64,000 nt of DNA from Octopus sinensis (GCF_006345805.1 NC_043017.1:7936001-8000000), one strand, 5' to 3'; shown: positions 1 through 12,604, numbered from the stretch's first letter. A program made the numbers and translations. Notes: generated by a model not told the origin, from the sequence alone.

Positions 1-145
1 TAATACCATTATTGTCATCATAATTATCCTTTTATATTGTTTTTTCCTTGCTGGCATGGTTTAATGAATCTCATAACATTCTGTCACATGCTACAGTTCT
101 TCATCATCTAATATATATATATATGTATATATATATGTATATATA

Positions 146-177
<32 letters not shown>

Positions 178-2065
178 ACAAAGAAAACCAGCTATCTCTG
201 TTGTCTGGTTTCATTTTTGTGGCATGGTTTTTAACAATTGGATGCATCTTCTATCACCAACCACATTACTCCATCAGTTTAGAATATTATTTTATAATGC
301 CATTGGCATGGGAAAGGTTGTCTTAGGGTGTTGGATAGAATGCTACATGGTGTTTGTTCCAGCTCTATATATTTTGAGTTCAAATCTTGCCAAGGTCAGT
401 TTTGTCATTTACTGTTTTGGGATCAATAAACACAGTACAAATGCAAGGAAATGTAATGGTGGAAGTAGGGTGAAAGGCTTTGCAGTATGTATTTTCAGTT
501 CTTTGCATTTTGATTTCAAATTCTCTACCTTACTGAAGTCCCATCAAAAGTAAGGTTATTGTGAAATACTGGTGTTGAGTCGAGTGTGAAAAAAGAGACT
601 GCTTATAAAACTCCAATGAGTTAATAATATGGCTTAAGTTCATAAAATCCCTCTGGTACAGCAAAGAGTGCAGCATGTGTGTGTGTGTATGAGTGATGAA
701 AAAATTACTTATTCATCAGAGCTTATATCTTATTCTGCTGTGCTTGAAAAGGAATATTTTAGTTAAATTTTTGATTATAGGGAATTGTGGTGCTGTGACA
801 ATCACATTTTCTCTACAAAGCTTAGCTGTATAAATGACTTGATTTCATTTCAGCTGAGAATTGAAAAGGCATGCATCCTTTCATGGGAGCTTGTCTTGTC
901 CCCTTGAAAAATATAATATTTACATTGTTATTGTAACATAAGCATCACTTCATAAGATTTTATTTCATTTACCCTTATTAATATATGCAGCTATTATAAT
1001 TTATCCCTTCATACATGTACTTGTTTTTATGTGTCCCCTTTTTTTTTATACACATAACCCCTACTTTTATTCAATTAAAAACCATAAAAGAATGCCTCTT
1101 CCTACCCATCTTATCTTTCTAAATGTGGTTTGTATTAAAATGAAAATAAATATTTAATAGAGAAACACAATGCCACAGAAATGGAAGGATTAAATCAGTT
1201 CCTGAATGTATTAAAATTTGAAGTTATCTAAAAGCAATTTGACAGCTTCTAAACTCTTCATCATCAACAGCAGCATCATTATCATCACCACCATCATTAG
1301 CATCATGATCTCACTAGAACTCACCATCATCACCACTCTTATTGCCACAACCACCGTGACTGTAAGTCACCACAATCATCAGCAAGACCACAGGAACATT
1401 AACTAAAAAAAAAATTACTGCTGCCACCACCACCGCAACTGTTATCAATAACTGCAATTTTCACCTTCATTGTTGACTACTACTGTTACCATCACTACTA
1501 TCAATGACCACTCTGGTCATTGATAAAGATCATTGGCAGTAATTATAGCCACATAACCACATTGGCAGTAATTATAGCCACATCACCATCAGTTTTCTAG
1601 CTGTATCTGTTTGGATGTGATTCAAGAGGAGCAGTTATTTTCATCAACTGTTCTGTCTCTGAACCTACTTTAAATTTAGCAATTCAGTTCAGATGTTGTT
1701 GTTGTTGTTTAGCCTTAGTTCAGCCCTGATTGAGCTCTTACATCTACAGGCATCTGCACATCCAAAGAAAGGCCACCTGACTGACATGAGTTCCTTCATC
1801 AACACATTCCAGCCTCTAGCCCATTAGACATGCTGTGTCCTCAGTTTGTAGTCTCTGCTCCTCAAATATGAATGTCCACTTCTACTCAAGCGTTCTTGAC
1901 TTACTTGTCTCCTCTTTTATCATCCATACTGTGTCCCTTTCCCTCAGGATCTGCAATTATCACTCTATCTAGTCTTTGCTCTCCTGAATGTTGGGCCTCT
2001 AGAATTTCTTCCATGCCTATTTTTTTCCTTGCAGTTGTCAACTTGCTATCGTTAAGAAGGACTTT

Positions 2066-2285
2066 AAGTGATGAGCTGGCAGAACCATTAGCACACCGGG
2101 CAAAATGCTTAACAGCATTTTGTTCATCTTTATGCTCTGAGTTCAAATTCCACAAGGTTGACTTTGCTTTTCATCCTTTCTGGGTCGATGAAATAAGTAC
2201 CAGTTGAGTACTGGGGTTGATGTAATTGAATTACTCCCTCCTCCGAAATTGCTGGACTTGTGTCAAAATTTGAAACCATTATTAA
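2066..2285 (+). mobile_element. tRNA-type SINE, family A
   Basis: gagctggcagaa (A-box-like), gagttcaaattcc (B-box), then gactttgcttttcatccttt...gtaccagttgagtactggggttgatgtaattg. Many copies occur in the window. Confidence 0.8.
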
Positions 2286-2787
2286 GAAGGATTTTCTAAA
2301 TATTTCAATTTCACCGATCTTGGCAAGCCTGTGAAGGTCAAAGATCATAGGAATAATCATCTTGCAGACCAAGCAAAAGAAGAATAAAAAATCTAAGGTA
2401 GTCCAGCCCTGGTTATTTCATACTTTTGGGGATATGTTCTGGACTTTATTATCCAATATTCTCTTTATTCAATCTGGTAGAATGTGATCTGAGAAAGATT
2501 AAGTTGCTATATCTTGAAAGTTGAGTAATCACAAAAAGACTTCCTCATTGGTTTGTGTTTAGGTCAGACACTATTGTTATTTTATCTATAGACTAATTAA
2601 ACATGTGGAATATCTTTATGGTTAACAAACCTCTATGAAGAAAAGTGTATTTTCAATGTTGCAATATCACAATGTATAGCATCAAAATTTTTTTTTTTTT
2701 TGAGACTTGAATATATAAGTAAAGAACAATGCAAAGATTATAAGTGATATAATTAAATGATATATATATTTCCAAGTAAGTATATAT

Positions 2788-3231
2788 CATCATCATCATC
2801 ATTTAACGTCCGCTTGCCATGCTAGCATGGGTTGGACGGTTCAACTGGGGTCTGGGGAGCCCGAAGGCTGCACCAGGCCAGTCAGATCTGGCAGTGTTTC
2901 TACAGCTGGATGCCCTTCCTAACGCCAACCACTCCGAGAGTGTAGTGGGTGATTTTATGTGCCACCGACACAGGTGCCAGATGAGGCTGGCGAACGGCCA
3001 CGCTCGGATGGTGTTTTTTATGTGCCACCGACACATGTGCCAGACGAGGCTGGCAGACGGCCACGCTTGGATGGTGTTTTTTATGTGCCACCGACACAGG
3101 TGCCAGATGAGGCTGGCGAACGGCCACGATCGGATGGTGTTTGTTACGTGCTCACAGCACGGAGGCCAGTCGATGCAGTACTGGCTATGGCCACGTTCGG
3201 ATGGTTTTCTTGTGTGCCACCGGCACTGGTA

Positions 3232-3233
<2 letters not shown>
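2788..3233 (-). mobile_element. (GAT)n-tailed non-autonomous retroposon with internal ~62-bp tandem array, copy 1
   Basis: On +: (CAT)n, then ttaacgtccgc...ctggatgcccttcctaacgccaacc...gtagtgggtgatttt, then units at 2957, 3020, 3083 (63 bp), a divergent unit and a partial unit, ending in (CA)n. The 3' domain is nearly identical to those at 11223 and 18802. Confidence 0.85.
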
Positions 3234-3287
<54 letters not shown>

Positions 3288-3344
3288 ACACACACACACA
3301 CATATATATATATGTATATGTCTGTACGTATGTATGTATATGTA

Positions 3345-4597
3345 TGTAAGATATTTGAGGACAGATTTATATTTATAAAAAAACAGATATATAATAACAG
3401 ATAATATTTTTATCAAAAAATGCTATGTGGATAAAAATAAACCTTCTTTTCTATAATGTTATTCAATAAAGCCACCTTCAACTTCAACAACTGCTTCTGT
3501 ATGAGATCTAAATCATCTACATGCTTGAATCAAGTGGTCCTGGTTCATTTTGGACATTACTCTGACTATGGCAGCTTTCAAAGAATCTTTGGTGTTATGG
3601 GCATGTTCATTGACATCTCTCTCAACAATGTGCCACATGTAATAGTCTAATGGATTGAGATCTGGGGAATTAGGAGGCTAAATGTTAGGGGTTATTGATC
3701 ATGAAAATTTTCAGCCATTCATTCCTGTGTTACTAGAGCTATGTGTGATAATGCATAGTCTTACTGAAACACATATGGCCTTCCATTGCATACATTGTCT
3801 ATCCAGGGCTTAACAATTGTTTCCAGGACCTCAATGTAGGTGGCAGAGTTAACTCTAAGGCCTTGTGGAAAGAAGTAAGGCAGCATCACATGTTCTTCAT
3901 TGTTGACAACCCCTAAAACCATGACACTTGCAGGAAATTTTGTATGCATAACACTTGGTACTTCAGAAGGGTCTGCACATAACCATCTATCATTTCTTCT
4001 GTTAACTTTTTGATCTTGGTTAAAGTTTTTCTCGTTTGAGAAAAACCAAATGAAATCTTCTTCTGCTGGATTTTTCAGTTTGTTTAAGAGCCTTTTACAC
4101 CTGATGTAGTGATTTTCTTTTGCTTTTTCTGTCAAATTGACCTTTCCTCATCATATGAGACTTATATCTCATGTCTTCATGGAAAACATTTCTGACTGTC
4201 CCTTCTAACACATGGAGATTTTTTGCAATTGACCTCATGGACTTTCTGGTATTGTAATCAATGGTCTGTTGAACTTGGTGGCTAAATTCAAGTGTTCAGA
4301 TGATTTCAGAGCATTTAGAATGCTTTTTATGCTTTGATACTGGTGACATGTTTTCATCTTCAGTCTCTGACTTTTCACAAACTTTGTAAATAAAAGATCT
4401 GGCAACTTTTAAAAATTGAGGTATTTCTAAATCGCTATGCTCAACTTTTATAACCACAATAACAGCATGCCTCTTCATTTCTTGAGTAAGCTGAGGGTCT
4501 GCCATTATTATTTTCTGAAACAAAGATTATACAGAGTTAGCAAGAAGAGCAGTAATGACCCAAAAAACATATGTCCTCAAATACCATACGCACCCTG
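3345..4597 (-). mobile_element. Decayed Tc1/mariner transposon, DD37D (maT)-type, copy A
   Basis: Transposase pieces in ORFs 4296-4523 and 3761-4135 (FFSNEKNF...VMHTKFPASVMVLGVV...PYFFPQGLRVN...RPYVFQ*), then TPNI*PPNSPDLNPLDYY near 3640-3695. Right TIR caccctg|ta at 4591-4599; left TIR degenerate (gtaagatatttgaggaca near 3346-3363). Stops and a deletion disrupt the region of the second catalytic Asp. Confidence 0.88.
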
Positions 4598-5339
4598 TAG
4601 ATATTATCAATTCATTTTGCAAGATTCCTGAAGTAAAATCATATTTTGAAACAGATACTATTGTACTTCGGGATATCTAGCAAAAAAAAAAAAAAATGAC
4701 CATCCCGAAATACAATATATACGTGTGTGTGTATGTGTATATACAAAAAATATCCTTGCTTCTTCAAAAACACAAGGAGTAAAGAAAGGAGACTTAGTTG
4801 GCAAAAATGTTTATACTGTAATCTCTCTTAAATTTGAAATATTTTGAACTATTATTCCCCTGTAGAAAAATATCTCGTTAACGTTGTTATTCCAACGAAT
4901 GGTGTGTTTTGAAGATGATTCAGATAGAGCAGTAAAATAATCAATCCACACACACACACACACATGCGTGGATGCACATACATACAGATAATTGTCTATC
5001 TGTTATAAAATGCTTGGATATATCATTAACCAAAAATTGCTTTGAATTTATCTTTTTGATAAAAACTCTTAAAGTTCCAGTGAAATTTTCTTTTGTACTT
5101 TTGAGATTAGAAAATCAAATAGCAAGAAGCTTCTCTCTTTTCTTTGTTATTCATTCTGTATGCATCTACATTAATTCATGTATTTATGTATGCATATTAA
5201 TGTTTGTTTTTATGTTCAGTTGTAATAAAAATAATTTTACACTAATCTGATGGGTTACTTACTCTATACTTTTGTAGAGTACAAATTTATTATTCTTAAA
5301 CAAAAATATTACAGCTCTACTGTTTCCAATATATATATA

Positions 5340-5640
5340 GGTGCAGGCGTGGCTGTGTGGTAAAAAGCTTGCTTCCCAACCACATGGTTCCGGGTTCAGT
5401 CCCACTGTGTGGCACTTTGGCCAAGTGTCTTCTACTTTAGCCTCAGGTTGAATAAAGCCTTGTGAGTGGATTTGGTAGGCAGAAACTGAAAGAAGCCTGT
5501 CATATATATATATATATGCATGTGTGTGTGTGTATGTATGTGTGTGTGTGTGTGTGTGTGTTAGTGTCTGTATTTGTCCCCACCACCACAACCACTTGAC
5601 AACTGGTGTTGGTGTGCTTGTATCCTATATATTTTGAATG
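5340..5640 (+). mobile_element. tRNA-type SINE family B (head, internal microsatellite, tail)
   Basis: ggcgtggctgtgtggtaaaaagc...ggttccgggttcagtccc...aagtgtcttctact...ggaaactgaaagaagcc, then (TA)n(TG)n, then ttagtgtctgtatttgtccc...cttgacaactggtgttgg. Further heads at about 6677, 8295(-), 12890(-), 13385, 16920, 21770, 26815, 52860(-), 57900(-) and 58890. Confidence 0.8.
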
Positions 5641-6917
5641 GGAATTTGGCAGCACCATCTCTAGCCAAATAATTATTCTGTGCTGATGAAGAGAAATAAC
5701 CCAGAAATTGTAATACACAGATATTGTTTTGAGCTGAGTAGGGGTGCTAGATTCCCTTGTTCAAAAATATAAGGACACAGATCATGTCGTATAGCCAGCT
5801 GGAGATGATGTCTCCTGGGGCTAAATTACAGCAACATTCATCCTAAACCAGGACTGCCATGTTATGTTGGCAAACAATCTTTACTACAAAGAAGTGGAGA
5901 TAATTTCATAATTTCAAGAAATTAAGAATTAATTTCTCAAGTTAATTTAAATTCTTAGAGAAAGGGCAGTCAAATCTTTATTTGCAGGCAATGAATACTT
6001 GGACATAGATTTTAAATCTGTTTTACTTCATCAGTAACACAAGAAATTAATTCTTAATTCTTGAACTTATCTCTCCTCTTTGGGAATTACTTAGGGTTTG
6101 GTTTTCTATCTACATCCCAAAGGAAATTTCAATAAATTATGAATGGATTGCATGTGACACACTACCCTCTAACTCATTCATTCATACATTTATTCATTCT
6201 TTTTTCATGTGAAATATATAATAGAAATACATAGATGGTCTAAATGTGTGTGTGTGCGTAACTACATATCAAGACTTGAACCTGTATCTTAGGCTTCAGA
6301 TAGCTCACCAAATATAGCAGTTAATGTAATCTATAGTGTGTATTTGATATATCTATAATTCTGAGTTCACTTTCTTGCTTTCTTTTCCTATAATTTTTTT
6401 TTCTCTGTTTTTTTTTTATTCTTTTCTTTGACTTTTAACTAATTTTTAGTTTCTGATTCAGATTTGAGATTGGAAATTGTTTTTATTTAGTTAATTGTTT
6501 AATTTAAATTTTGTGTTTATTTCATTAAATTGTAATTAACAAATTGATACTAATCATGAATTATTTAAGAAAACAAAATAGAAATTGAAATTAAAGGTAA
6601 TGGATAATATTAGAACAAGAAAATGAATTATAAAGATACTGATAGTGATATTTAAAAATATTGATGGTTGGTGGGTATGTGGGTATATAGCCAAATGTTT
6701 AAGAAGTTTACTTTGCAATCATGAGGTCTTAGGTTTGATCTCACTGCAAATCATATTTTACCATAGCCTCATCTCAATCCATTATAGTTGTACTTGATAA
6801 ACTTGGGATCTTGTATCAACGTAGCACCTCAATGAAACATATAAATATATAAATAATTAAATAATGAGCATCATTGTTATTGGTGTCACCTCAATATTTT
6901 CAGAGGATAGTCTACAA

Positions 6918-7250
6918 CAATGGCTTTCAACAATTTTATATCTATGGACTCCTTTGATTACTATTTTATTCTGGTGGGCCCCCATAATTATTCAAGGTTT
7001 AAAATAGTTTTATAGACACTTTTTTCAATATTCCTATTTTGTTTATCTTACACTCACTCAAGTAGGCTGAACAATGTAAAACATCAGGGAAAGAAATCTA
7101 GTTGTTTTTTGCAATAAATACATCTAAAGCAAAATTTCTTCATGGACCCATAAAATAATGTGGACCCAATTTACTATTTTGCTTGTGTGGACCTTCCATT
7201 ATCTTATATGGAGCATAAGGTGTCATAAGGACCTTGGTTGAGAACCACAG
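6918..7250. mobile_element. hAT (Charlie-like) non-autonomous element
   Basis: Ends caatggctttcaac and ggttgagaaccacag are decayed CAGTGGTTCTCAACC TIRs. The 8-bp flanks gtctacaa (6910-6917) and gtctacta (7251-7258) match 7/8, as expected for a hAT target-site duplication. Confidence 0.85.
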
Positions 7251-7907
7251 GTCTACTAGGTTATCTATTTCCTCTATGTATTGTAAATTCACAAAATTTA
7301 TAAATGCACAATTTTGTTGTGCTTAATGTTTGGTCATTAGATGTCTTATTCCTTGATGTGTATATGATTCCACACTAGATTTATTTGAATTAAGAGCTTT
7401 TATTTTTAAATGAAGGGTACAATGGCTTAATGGATAAGGATCTTACTACTTTTCGTTTATGAATGAAGGCTCATCATTCAAGTTCAACTTGGGACAATGA
7501 ACATAATCAAGAACAAGATATCTGATATTAACCTGAAATCAAACTGATTTCAGGTTAATATAAATATAAATACTGTAAGTTAAAATCAAAGATTATGTAA
7601 ATAGTTTGGAAAATAGACATCTTAACTCCTCCTCTCAGAACTTTATACATTTAATCATCTGTCATCATTGTTGCTGTTATTTAGCCTCAAATCAGTCATG
7701 ATTGAGCATATTTCTGGTTAAAGGAATGGGGATCAGAATATAAATGGGATTGTCAAGTAAAGGCAGAAAGAGATATACATATGGCAAGTGCCAGGGTATA
7801 CTCTTGAGGTTTGAAAGTCATAATATAAGTGGCAGGATATAGCTAAAGAAGCATGATTAGAGAGTGGGGAGAGAAAGTGAGTGGTGAAAACCTGGGTATA
7901 TAGAGAG

Positions 7908-8260
7908 GGGGGCTACTGGATAGCAATGATACAGAGAAACAGGGCCTTGAGGACAGGATTGGGGAGTGAAAGGTAGGCATAGGGCATCAAGGAGGAGATG
8001 TGAGGAAGAGAAGAGATGTAGATTGATTTGTTGAGGTAGGGTATGTGAAAAGTTTTCTTGTTATGTGTAGATGAAACACACAGGTCAGGGGCTGGGGGAT
8101 ACCAATGATGCAGTGAGACAGCCAAGAGGACAGGATTGGGGAATGGGAGGTAAACATAGTGCATGAAGTGGAAATGTGAGGAAGAGAAGAGACGTAATTT
8201 GGTTTGTTGTGGTAGGGTGTGTGAAAAGTTTTCTTGTTATGTGTGGGTGGATGCACACAT
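7908..8260 (+). repeat. Purine-rich ~179-bp tandem duplication
   Basis: ggggct...gaggacaggattgggga...atgtgaggaagagaagaga...gtagggt.tgtgaaaagttttcttgttatgtgt occurs at about 7909 and again at about 8088. Confidence 0.8.
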
Positions 8261-8959
8261 ACATGCACATAGCACATCTTTCAGGTTTTGTGTTCTCTAA
8301 CTCATTCACAAAACTTTGGTTGGTCCAGGGCTGTAATGGAAGACACTTGGTCAAGGTGCCATGCAATAGAACTGAACCTAAAACTATGTGGTTGGGAAGC
8401 AGACTTCTTAACCACACAGCCATGTATGTTCCTACACATACATATGTATATGATTACATGTCTTTTAACCCATATCTAAGTTTATATCTAGGTGTAAAAC
8501 CAATATTGTGTTGAAAACCATTTGAAAAATTGAGATCAATGAAATAAGAAAGTTTCCCAATTTAATCAAAGTTGTATTTAGCTACTAAATTACATATTAG
8601 GAAAAAGTTAGCTCTAAAGTTTGTTTGGCAAATTTCACATTTTACTTACTCTGTCAGTGATTTCTTTAATTTTAATTTTTGGGAAATGATTCAATAAGAA
8701 TTAAAAGAAAAATTAAAAGAAAAAACTTACAAAGAAGTTGTTTTTAAGTGAAAAATGTTGATTGAAAAAATATACTTGAAAATAGCTGTTTTGGCGGGGG
8801 TGGGGGAAGAAGGACTGTTGAGTCTAACAATTAATGAATATAGAAACTGATAGCTGTTTGTGCATTACATATAATATTTGGCAAAAGTTTGGCTATTTAT
8901 TTTGTTAATTTAGTTCTTTTCTCCCAGGCAACATAAGTCAAATATCAAAGGTCATTATG

Positions 8960-9182
8960 AGCCATCAAGGAAGCCTCTATATGGTTGCTTGACCAGCTAG
9001 AAATAGCTGGCAAATCTCTCACAAATCCTAACAACCTATTGATTTTGCAAAAAAAATAACGATGCATTAGTTTACATAGTCTTTGATACACCGTCTGAAA
9101 TAAGGAGAGAATAGTCATGGTTAAAATGCCTTTAATCACTTGTCTGCTGAATGAAAGCTCACTTTAGGATAAGCAACAACAA
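8960..9182 (+). mobile_element. Dispersed SINE-like repeat family E, (CAA)n-ended
   Basis: gcttgaccagctagaaatagc...aaatctc...aaatc...ggtcatgg...aatgcctttaatca...caacaacaac recurs at about 14520, 20775, 45060 and 62210 (+) and at about 1600, 29450, 35450, 40400 and 53420 (-). Confidence 0.65.
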
Positions 9183-9627
9183 CAAAGGTTAATGGAAGCC
9201 TTAAAAGAAACAGTGTCCATGTAGTTGCTCCACCAGTTTTCAGAAAAACCAGAGACAATCAGTTTTCTAAATATAAAAATAAGAGCCACAGGGATACCAT
9301 ATTAGACTTCATTCTGTGGGTATTGTGTCCATTGCAGTTATAGGATAACTGAGATTGCTATAGGGGTAGCCAACAATTAACAAAGTTAAAAGTTGTGATC
9401 AAAATAAAAGACTAGTTTTCTGCCTTTCTAACCAATGTTCAAATTGTTAGTACTTTTCCTCTCTCTTAGGTTGATAAAATATATTCTTGTTTTTGTATTC
9501 AACTTACATATACGTATATGTATTCAAATGATTTATTCACATATATATATATGCACATGTGTGTATATCTGTCTGTCTGTTTGTCTATGTATGTATGCAT
9601 ATATATATATATATGTATATATATGTA

Positions 9628-10906
9628 CAGGGTGCAGTGAATAAATTGTCACCTAAATTATGCAGAAATGAAAATGACATTGACATCTCATTTTAACAGA
9701 TATATTTACCAAAATTACATAAAAATATCTTGAAATTTGTTCAATAAAATTGCCATTGATTTCAACCATGGGCTGCATATGACTTTGGAATTTCCTGCAA
9801 CTCTTCTGGATGGTCTCTTTGTTTAAGTTGGTGAATGCTGCCACAATCCTTGCCTTCAGTTTATCTTTGGTGTTGCAAAGAGTTTTGTTGATCTCTCACT
9901 CATCTGTAGCCCACACATAATAATCAAGGGGGTTGCAGTCTGGGGAGTTAGGTGGCCAGATGTTGGGTTGATGTAGTAGCAGAAATTGTCTGACAGCCAT
10001 GACTGGGTTCTCCTGTTTGTGTGGTATGGTGCAGAACCCTGTTGCCAGGCATAGGATCTTCCAGCAGCCACCCTCTTGACCTAGGGCAGCAGTACTTCCT
10101 CCAGGCACTTGATGTAGGCTTCCATGTTGAGTCTGAGGCTGTGTGGGAAGATGAATGGAGGCATAATGTCACCATGATTAGTGATCATTCCAAACACCAT
10201 GATGTTGACTGGATGTTTGATTTTTATCACTCTTGGTATATGTTTTGGGGACACGGCAAGCCAACGGTTGTTCTGTGTGTTCACCATCTGATCCTGGCAG
10301 AAATTTTTCTCATCTGAGAAAAACCGAAGGATGTTTGGTTGGAAGGGATGTTTAAGTTTGTTCAAAAGCTTCATAGCGTGGTCTTTCCTCTTGTCCTTGA
10401 TGGCTTGGGATAAAAATTGGCCCTTTCTCATCTTGTATGAAGAATACTGAATGTCTTCATGCTCTACTTAAGAAACTGAGAATTCCATGTCCCTGGTGAT
10501 GGATCTGACTGACTTGGAGGGATTGTTGTCAATCATTGCCTGGATCTCATCAACAAATTCTGGAGTTCTTTTCTTATCAGAATGATTAAAGTGAGTTTTC
10601 TGAGCTGCCATACCTTCATAATCACCATTAGATTCATCCAACTCTTTTCAAATCCTTTGCACTGTCCTCAGATTGACATCCAAACACACCAAAATGTTTG
10701 TATTGGAGCTTCCGGCATGAACACCAAGCTGTACAACACATCGTTTCCAAATTTCTGGCAGAGGAAATTGCATCATGGTGCTGTTTTTCTCACAGATGGT
10801 TCCCAACTGACCCTACTATACTGTGTAGCTAACAAAATCAAAAACAAACAATGCACATGTGTTAAATTAAAATATAAAATGCCAACAATTTATCCATCAC
10901 ACCCTG
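9628..10906 (-). mobile_element. Near full-length decayed Tc1/mariner transposon, DD37D (maT)-type, copy B
   Basis: TA flanks at 9626-27 and 10907-08. Imperfect TIRs cagggtgcagtgaataaattgt and (reverse complement) cagggtgtgatggataaattgt. Transposase motifs FFSDEKNF, QQGSAP (D mutated to G) and WPPNSPDCNPLDYYVW, with about 37 residues between D2 and D3 after correcting one frameshift. Several frameshifts make it non-functional. Confidence 0.93.
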
Positions 10907-11081
10907 TACACACACACACACACATGCATATATATGTATATATGTATGCATGTATGTATGTTTAAATATATATATATGCAATCACTTTCATTAACTTGCA
11001 GCTGTTTCTGCTATAAGTGCAAACAGTACAGATTGTAGACAGTCACACACACACACGTGTGTGTGTATATACATGTGTATA

Positions 11082-12356
11082 CAGGGTGATTGAAAAGTCT
11101 CTCTTTTTTTAAAATACTTATAAATTATTTATTAATTGTAATTTTTTAATTATTTTTTTGAAGTATAAATAAACCCCCATACTAAAAGCTTTCTTCTCAT
11201 ATCCATTGTTTTGTAAAAAATACATCATCATCATCATCATCATTTAGCGTCCGTTTTCCATGCTAGCATGGGTTGGACGGTTCAACTGGGGTCTGGGGAG
11301 CCCGAAGGCTGCACCAGGCCAGTCAGATCTGGCAGTGTTTCTACAGCTGGATGCCCTTCCTAACGCCAACCACTCCGAGAGTGTAGTGGGTGATTTTATG
11401 TGCCACCGACACAGGTGCCAGACGAGGCTGGCGAACGGCCACGCTCGGATGGTGTTTTTATGTGCCACCGACACAGGTGCCAGACGAGGCTGGCAGACGG
11501 CCACGCTCGGATGGTGTTTTTATGTGCCACCGACACAGGTGCCAGATGAGGCTGGCGGACGGCCACGATCGGATGGTGTTTGTTACGTCCCCAAAGCACG
11601 GAGGCCAGTCTATGCGGTACTGGCTACGGCCACGTTCGGATGATTTTCTTGTGTGCCACCGGCACTGGTACCACAAAGATACAAATTCCATTTATGTTCA
11701 TCTATTTTGATTTGTTTTGATTTGATTTGATTTTTGATTTTCACTTGCCTCAACAGGTCTTCACAAGTGTGTCACTTGCCTCAACAGGTCTTCACAAGTG
11801 TCACAAGAAGGAAGGTATGCACAGGTGGACTGTCTACGTCGCCGGGTCTTCGGATGGTGTCTTTATGTGCCACCGACACAGGTGCCAGATGTGGCTGGCG
11901 AACGGCCACGATCGGATGGTTTTCTTGTGTGCCACCGGTACTGGAACCACAAAGATACAAATTCCATTGATGTTCATCTATTTTGATTTGGTTTGATTTT
12001 CACTGCCTCAACAGGTCTTCACAAGTGTCACGCGTGTCACACACTTGCCTCAACAGGTCTCCACAAGTGTCACACACTTGCCTCTGCCTCAACAGGTCTT
12101 CACAAGTGTCACACACTTGCCTCTGCCTCAACAGGTCTTCACAAGTGTCATAAGAGGGAAGGTATGCACAGGTGGACTGACTACGTCGCCGGGTCTTTGG
12201 ATGGTGTTTTTATGTGCCACCGACACAGGTGCCAGGTGAGGCTGGCGAACGGCCACGATCAGATGGTGTTTGTTGTGCCCACAGCACGGAGGCCAGTCGA
12301 TGCGGTTAATAATTTATAAGTATTTTGAAATAGGGAGTTATTTTTCAATCACCCTG
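11082..12356. mobile_element. Mariner-like MITE (about 190 bp) split by a retroposon insertion
   Basis: TA|cagggtgattgaaaa...aaaatacttataaattatt at 11082 and its inverted counterpart aataatttataagtattttgaaa...ttttcaatcaccctg|TA ending 12356. The interval 11223-12305 is a different element. Confidence 0.8.
11223..12305 (-). mobile_element. (GAT)n-tailed retroposon, longest copy 2, with nested repeats
   Basis: Same tail and 3' domain. 62-bp units at 11398, 11460, 11522, followed by two higher-order blocks containing cacttgcctcaacaggtcttcacaagtgt subrepeats. Confidence 0.85.
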
Positions 12357-12415
12357 TATACACACACACATGGCGTATCAAAGACTATGTAAACTAATGC
12401 ATCTTTATTTTTTAT

Positions 12416-12474
12416 GTATGTATGTATGTATGTATGTATGTATGTATGTATGTATGTATGTATGTATGTATGTA

Positions 12475-12525
<51 letters not shown>

Positions 12526-12565
12526 GTGCTTGCGTGCATGCATGTATGTATGTATGCATGTATGG

Positions 12566-12600
<35 letters not shown>
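12416..12600. repeat. Compound microsatellite (TATG)n(TG)n...(CA)n
   Basis: Directly visible; the facing TG and CA tracts are self-complementary. Confidence 0.95.

Positions 12601-12604
<4 letters not shown>

Noticed and set aside
2803-3416. Overlapping 75-176 aa ORFs on both strands (likewise at 11244-12319 and 18798-19462)
   Set aside because: They arise from GC-rich, stop-poor 62-bp units and (CA)n. The period is not divisible by 3, the same peptides appear in rotating frames, and no domain is recognisable.
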